From assembly GCA_001643675.2 (NCBI GenBank), contig LSRY02000048.1:372001-436000 (forward strand): a DNA stretch of 64,000 nt. Reading direction: 5' to 3'. Below, in pieces: positions 60,208 to 64,000 of the stretch. The notes beneath the pieces are model-generated. The model saw only the letters and a program-made list of their open reading frames with translations, was not told the DNA's origin and did no database searches. This DNA comes from Monocercomonoides exilis PA203 (Eukaryota > Protista > Preaxostyla). Both the position numbers and the translations under genes were made by a program. How positions within the stretch are numbered: position 1 is the first letter of the stretch; every line of letters begins with the position of its first letter.

Positions 60208-62694
60208 AGTAGCAACACAAATGGGTTTTTCTTTTCATGTTTTTCAAGAAAAAATTGTTTTTCAGGATTGTTTATAATTGGATTGGATAAAAATATTTTT
60301 TTTTTGTTGAACGCTCAATTCAAATTTTTGTGTTGAATATCGAAGTGAAGTCTTCACTTATTTTTTTGTTGGAGTTTCCTTTTCCTTTTCCTTTTCCTTT
60401 TTATTTTCTTCCTTTTTTTAAGAATGATTTTTCTTTGAGCACTTTTCACTTTGTTTTTGAGCGAAATGAGGGATTTTACTTATGATTATCATTTTTTTTT
60501 TTGTTTTATTGCTTTTTTCAAACGAGATCTAGGACTTTTTTTAACTCTGAAAAGAGGTTATTTGTGACTTTATATTTTACTCATTTCACTTTCCGTTTAT
60601 TTTTTGTGATGAATAAGAGAAGCTTGATTATTGCGTTTGATAAATGAAGCTTGATGCAAATGTATTTGAATTAAATTGACAAAGAAAATACATTTCTTTC
60701 TATCTTTGCTTTTTTCTTTATTTTTTTGTATTTTCAAAATTTGATTTTGACAATGAACATCATCTTTAATTTGACAAAAAAAAAAGAGAAATTTTTTTCC
60801 AATTTCGTTGGTCATTTCAATAAATTGAATTTTGAAGTGATACTTCTTTATTTATTTGAGTGACTTTTATCTTGATATAAATTCAGAAACCAAATCAAAT
60901 TGTGAGTTTTTAATAAATAGCATCCTTAAATGAAGAAAAAGAAAAATGGCTTAATACCACACAAAAAGAAGAAAAAGAAAATATTTCTTTCTGTGCTGGT
61001 TGAATTCTGCCTTTGAGCTCTGCCTTCACACATAAGCAGAGGATCGCCTGCCTTCAACGAGGTTGCTGAAGAAGAAAGGCGCAACGAAGAGAATAAGAAG
61101 AAGAATTAGAAGCAGAATCAGAAACAGAAGAAGAAGAGCAAGTTGAAGATGCAACATAAAAGAGTGCATTTTTTGAGAATCAGCCACAATCAGTCAAAAA
61201 TGATAAGTTAATGACTTCATGCAGAATATTGATGAAAACACATTGCCTCATTTATTGTTATTCCCCTTGAAGCATTCCAGAGAGGTTTCATTTCTGTTGC
61301 TTTTTGTGTTTCTTTCAGTCTATCTTATCTCTTCAGAGGCTCCATCTTTGCATTTTTTGCCTCTCTTCACCTGCCAATGAACTGCAATGCATGCAATCCA
61401 GACTCCCAATGCCGCACTCATTCCATGTCCCAGCCATTCCTCGCTTCGATTGGACTGAAAAAAAGACAGGAATAAATTGTACATATTCGAAGATGCTATC
61501 AAAAATATCCTTTTGCAGAAACGTTTCTGTATTTTCCCCTTTCTCCTTTTCCCCAAATCGAATGAAGCGTACTCAATAGCTTCAGCTGCCGCGCGTATTC
61601 TCCACGAACAATTCTGCAACTTGGTGTTCCATCGCACACTTGCGAAGTTGAAATCCACAAACTTCATGAGCTGTGATTCGTTTCTCTCAACTTCAACTCC
61701 TGCCTTTCTTCTGCTTCATGACCCAGCTCGCCATGACGGAAGCAGAAAGATCTGCTTCACAGATTTCCCCGAACTTCATCTTACTTCCTGTGTTTCCCTC
61801 TTGAAACAGACAGCTTTATCTTCATGTTTTATTGGTAACCTTCGGAGGTGATAAAATTCGCTATGAATGCTTTACACTCCTTTTTCTTTGAGCGTTGCTT
61901 TCAACGTAAACAAATCTTCGTTGCTCTCCATCTTTCATTTTATCGTGCCATTGATGCTCGCTTTATGTGATCTTTCAGTTTGATCATATTTTTCAGTTCT
62001 ATTGTTGGAGAAGCTGTTTTTTTTAAAAAAAAATTGTTTCGTTTTCAACATGTCGATTCCCGAAGAATCCGAGGCCCCCAAATCAGCTTGTCTGCAAATC
62101 ATGGTTCTTCTGTTCCGTATTCTTTTCGGACGAAGTTAAATCGATAAGCTTGATTTTTCATTTTTAATAATCTGTTTTTTATTGCTTTTGCCAACAAGAA
62201 TATCACAAACAATATCACAAACACCTTCAAATTAAAAGAATTGTGCAAAAATGCAAACCTCCAAAATCTTGCTCCCCCCACAGAAATGACTGAATCAACT
62301 TCAATTAAAGACTTTTGCTTTTCATCAAAAAACAGTCTGTTTTGCCCTTTCCATTTCCTGATAAAAATTTTCATTGGAAACAATGGCCTCATACCTAAAG
62401 TACAGAAAAATAATCAGGGGTTGTTTCCTCAGAATTTTCACACAAACAACATCCGAATTTTGATTTTTTCTTATGCAATTGATCACTCTAACGAAAAAGA
62501 ATTTGCTTGATCTCCCAGCAAAACGCATTGAACAGGCTTTATTTAAGTTATTTTCTAACAAAGGCAAATATTTGTCAAGTGAATCTGCTTGGTTTATTTC
62601 ATTTTCGCAGCACTTGTTTGACAAATAAAGATGTTTGTGTTTTTTGTGTTGTCTAATTTCAAACTTTGAGTTATTTTTCATATGCTCAGAACAA

Positions 62695-64000
62695 ATGATG
62701 AACAAAAGAAGTGCGTCTGATCATTCTGAAGAGGAGGAAGAAGAAGGAGAAGAAGGAGAAAGTGAAGAAGATTTTGAAGAAGATATGGATTATTATGAAG
62801 ATTATGATATGGATAATCTTGACGAATATTATCAATCAGAGCTTACAGAAAAGTTTTCAAGTATGCTTTGTTTGTTGCTTTTATAATGTTGCAAAAAAAT
62901 CAAAAAATTTCAGATTTATTTTCTGAATTAGGAAATTGCTCTGAAGACAATCAAAAACAGAAAATCGAGGAAATGATAAGTACTGTAAAAGAGATGGATA
63001 AACTTGAGATTTTCTCCATTTTATCGATTGAAATGTACGAAGATATTGATGAGATGATTGGAAAAATGAAATTGCCATTGACTAACGCACTTGAGCTGTT
63101 GATACACATGGGCCAATGCAGAATATTTAACCTTGTATACTTCACGCACTTTGGTGAAACTTCTTTACACTTGAAATTAAAGAAGATGATTCTTGATGAA
63201 GAAACGAAGGGAAAGGAAGAAAAGAATGAAAAGCTTTTTATTTCCATTTGTGAATGCTATTTGTTGCATTATCACTATTTAATAAATAATAACTTACTTG
63301 TGATTATTGTTCCTTGTCTCTTGAAAGTTGCATTGAACAAAGAGGGAAATGAGGAAACGCAAAAAGAAGTGGAAATGGCTTTGTTTGCCTTGTGCAGCAT
63401 CAACAAACGACAAGTATCAACTTAATTTAATTTTTTCAATGAAATTTTAGATGCTAATGCTTATAATTTTTTATTTGGATATATTAGAAATTGAAGCGAA
63501 AACTGTTTGTGAATGAGATGTCAGAAATCATCCAATATCACCAGTCACATCGAAATCTGACGCAACTGGCATATCAATCAGCTTGGGAGTTCATGATGGA
63601 CAGATTCAACGATAATGATAATTTGAAAGATGCAATTGCGGATAAACTGCATTTCGTGAGTGAGGCAGCAAGAGAATTAGATGAACTGAAGAAACGCGTT
63701 GATTGGAAGAGAAAAAAAGAAGAAAATGAAAAAAGAAGAAAGGAATCGAAAGAAGAGCTTATTTTATTAAGATGGCTCAGAACATTGAAGTCTTTCTTTT
63801 TCTTCTTCCAATTGCGAAATGAAGAATTTGTTAGGATTATCAGCAGCATTGTGCAGGTGTTTCAAGCAGCAAAGGATCATCACAGAGAAATTGAAGAGCT
63901 ATGCGTTTGCATATTTGAAGTGGTCGTAAGAAAAAGAGCTGTGAAGACTGATGATTTGTTGAAAAGTGGAACAGTTGATGCTGTTTTTGAAGAACTTCAT
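62695..64000 (+). CDS. Lineage-specific, predicted alpha-helical protein of unknown function (runs off the window); exons 62695-62860, 62914-63413, 63488->64000
   Basis: ATG plus an acidic N-terminus. Introns GTATGC..TTCAG (62861-62913, phase 1) and GTATCA..TTAG (63414-63487, phase 0) join three segments in frame, and the last exon is open to the window end. Motifs EKFS.LFSEL...QKQKIEEM, ICECYLL, IVPCLLKVAL.KE.NEETQKEVEMAL and NLTQLAYQSAWEF resemble an expanded hypothetical family I recall from Monocercomonoides. Confidence 0.75.

Noticed and set aside
60950-62110. Moderately GC-rich stretch with 90-125-aa ORFs on both strands
   Set aside because: No consistent frame, splice model or recognisable domain. 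It may be a pseudogene relic but the call is unsupported.

Overview
Eukaryotic genomic DNA with short AT-rich GT-AG introns, GC-richer exons and the standard genetic code. Gene content and family signatures point to a flagellated metamonad protist, most likely the oxymonad Monocercomonoides (inference from recalled family motifs, not a database search). Left to right: (1) the 3' part of IFT172 with two introns; (2) facing it tail-to-tail, one uninterrupted 41.2-kb minus-strand ORF (about 13,750 aa) that is a complete, collinear axonemal dynein heavy chain, closest to the outer-arm gamma (DNAH5/8) class. It is inflated about threefold by Ser/Gln/His/Asn-rich inserts and has lost the AAA1, AAA3 and AAA4 P-loops, keeping only the AAA2 Walker A, so it looks like a giant catalytically dead pseudo-dynein, the most striking item here; (3) an intronless 2,726-aa type I membrane protein with a Cys/Gly-rich beta-helix-like ectodomain and a degenerate kinase C-lobe; (4) a 3.5-kb AT-rich spacer holding nested foldback/MITE-like elements; (5) a myristoylatable Arf-family GTPase with Gly at the catalytic Gln position; (6) the 5' part of a lineage-specific helical protein gene with two introns. 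All homology calls come from motifs read by eye against remembered consensus sequences and need HMM or phylogenetic confirmation.
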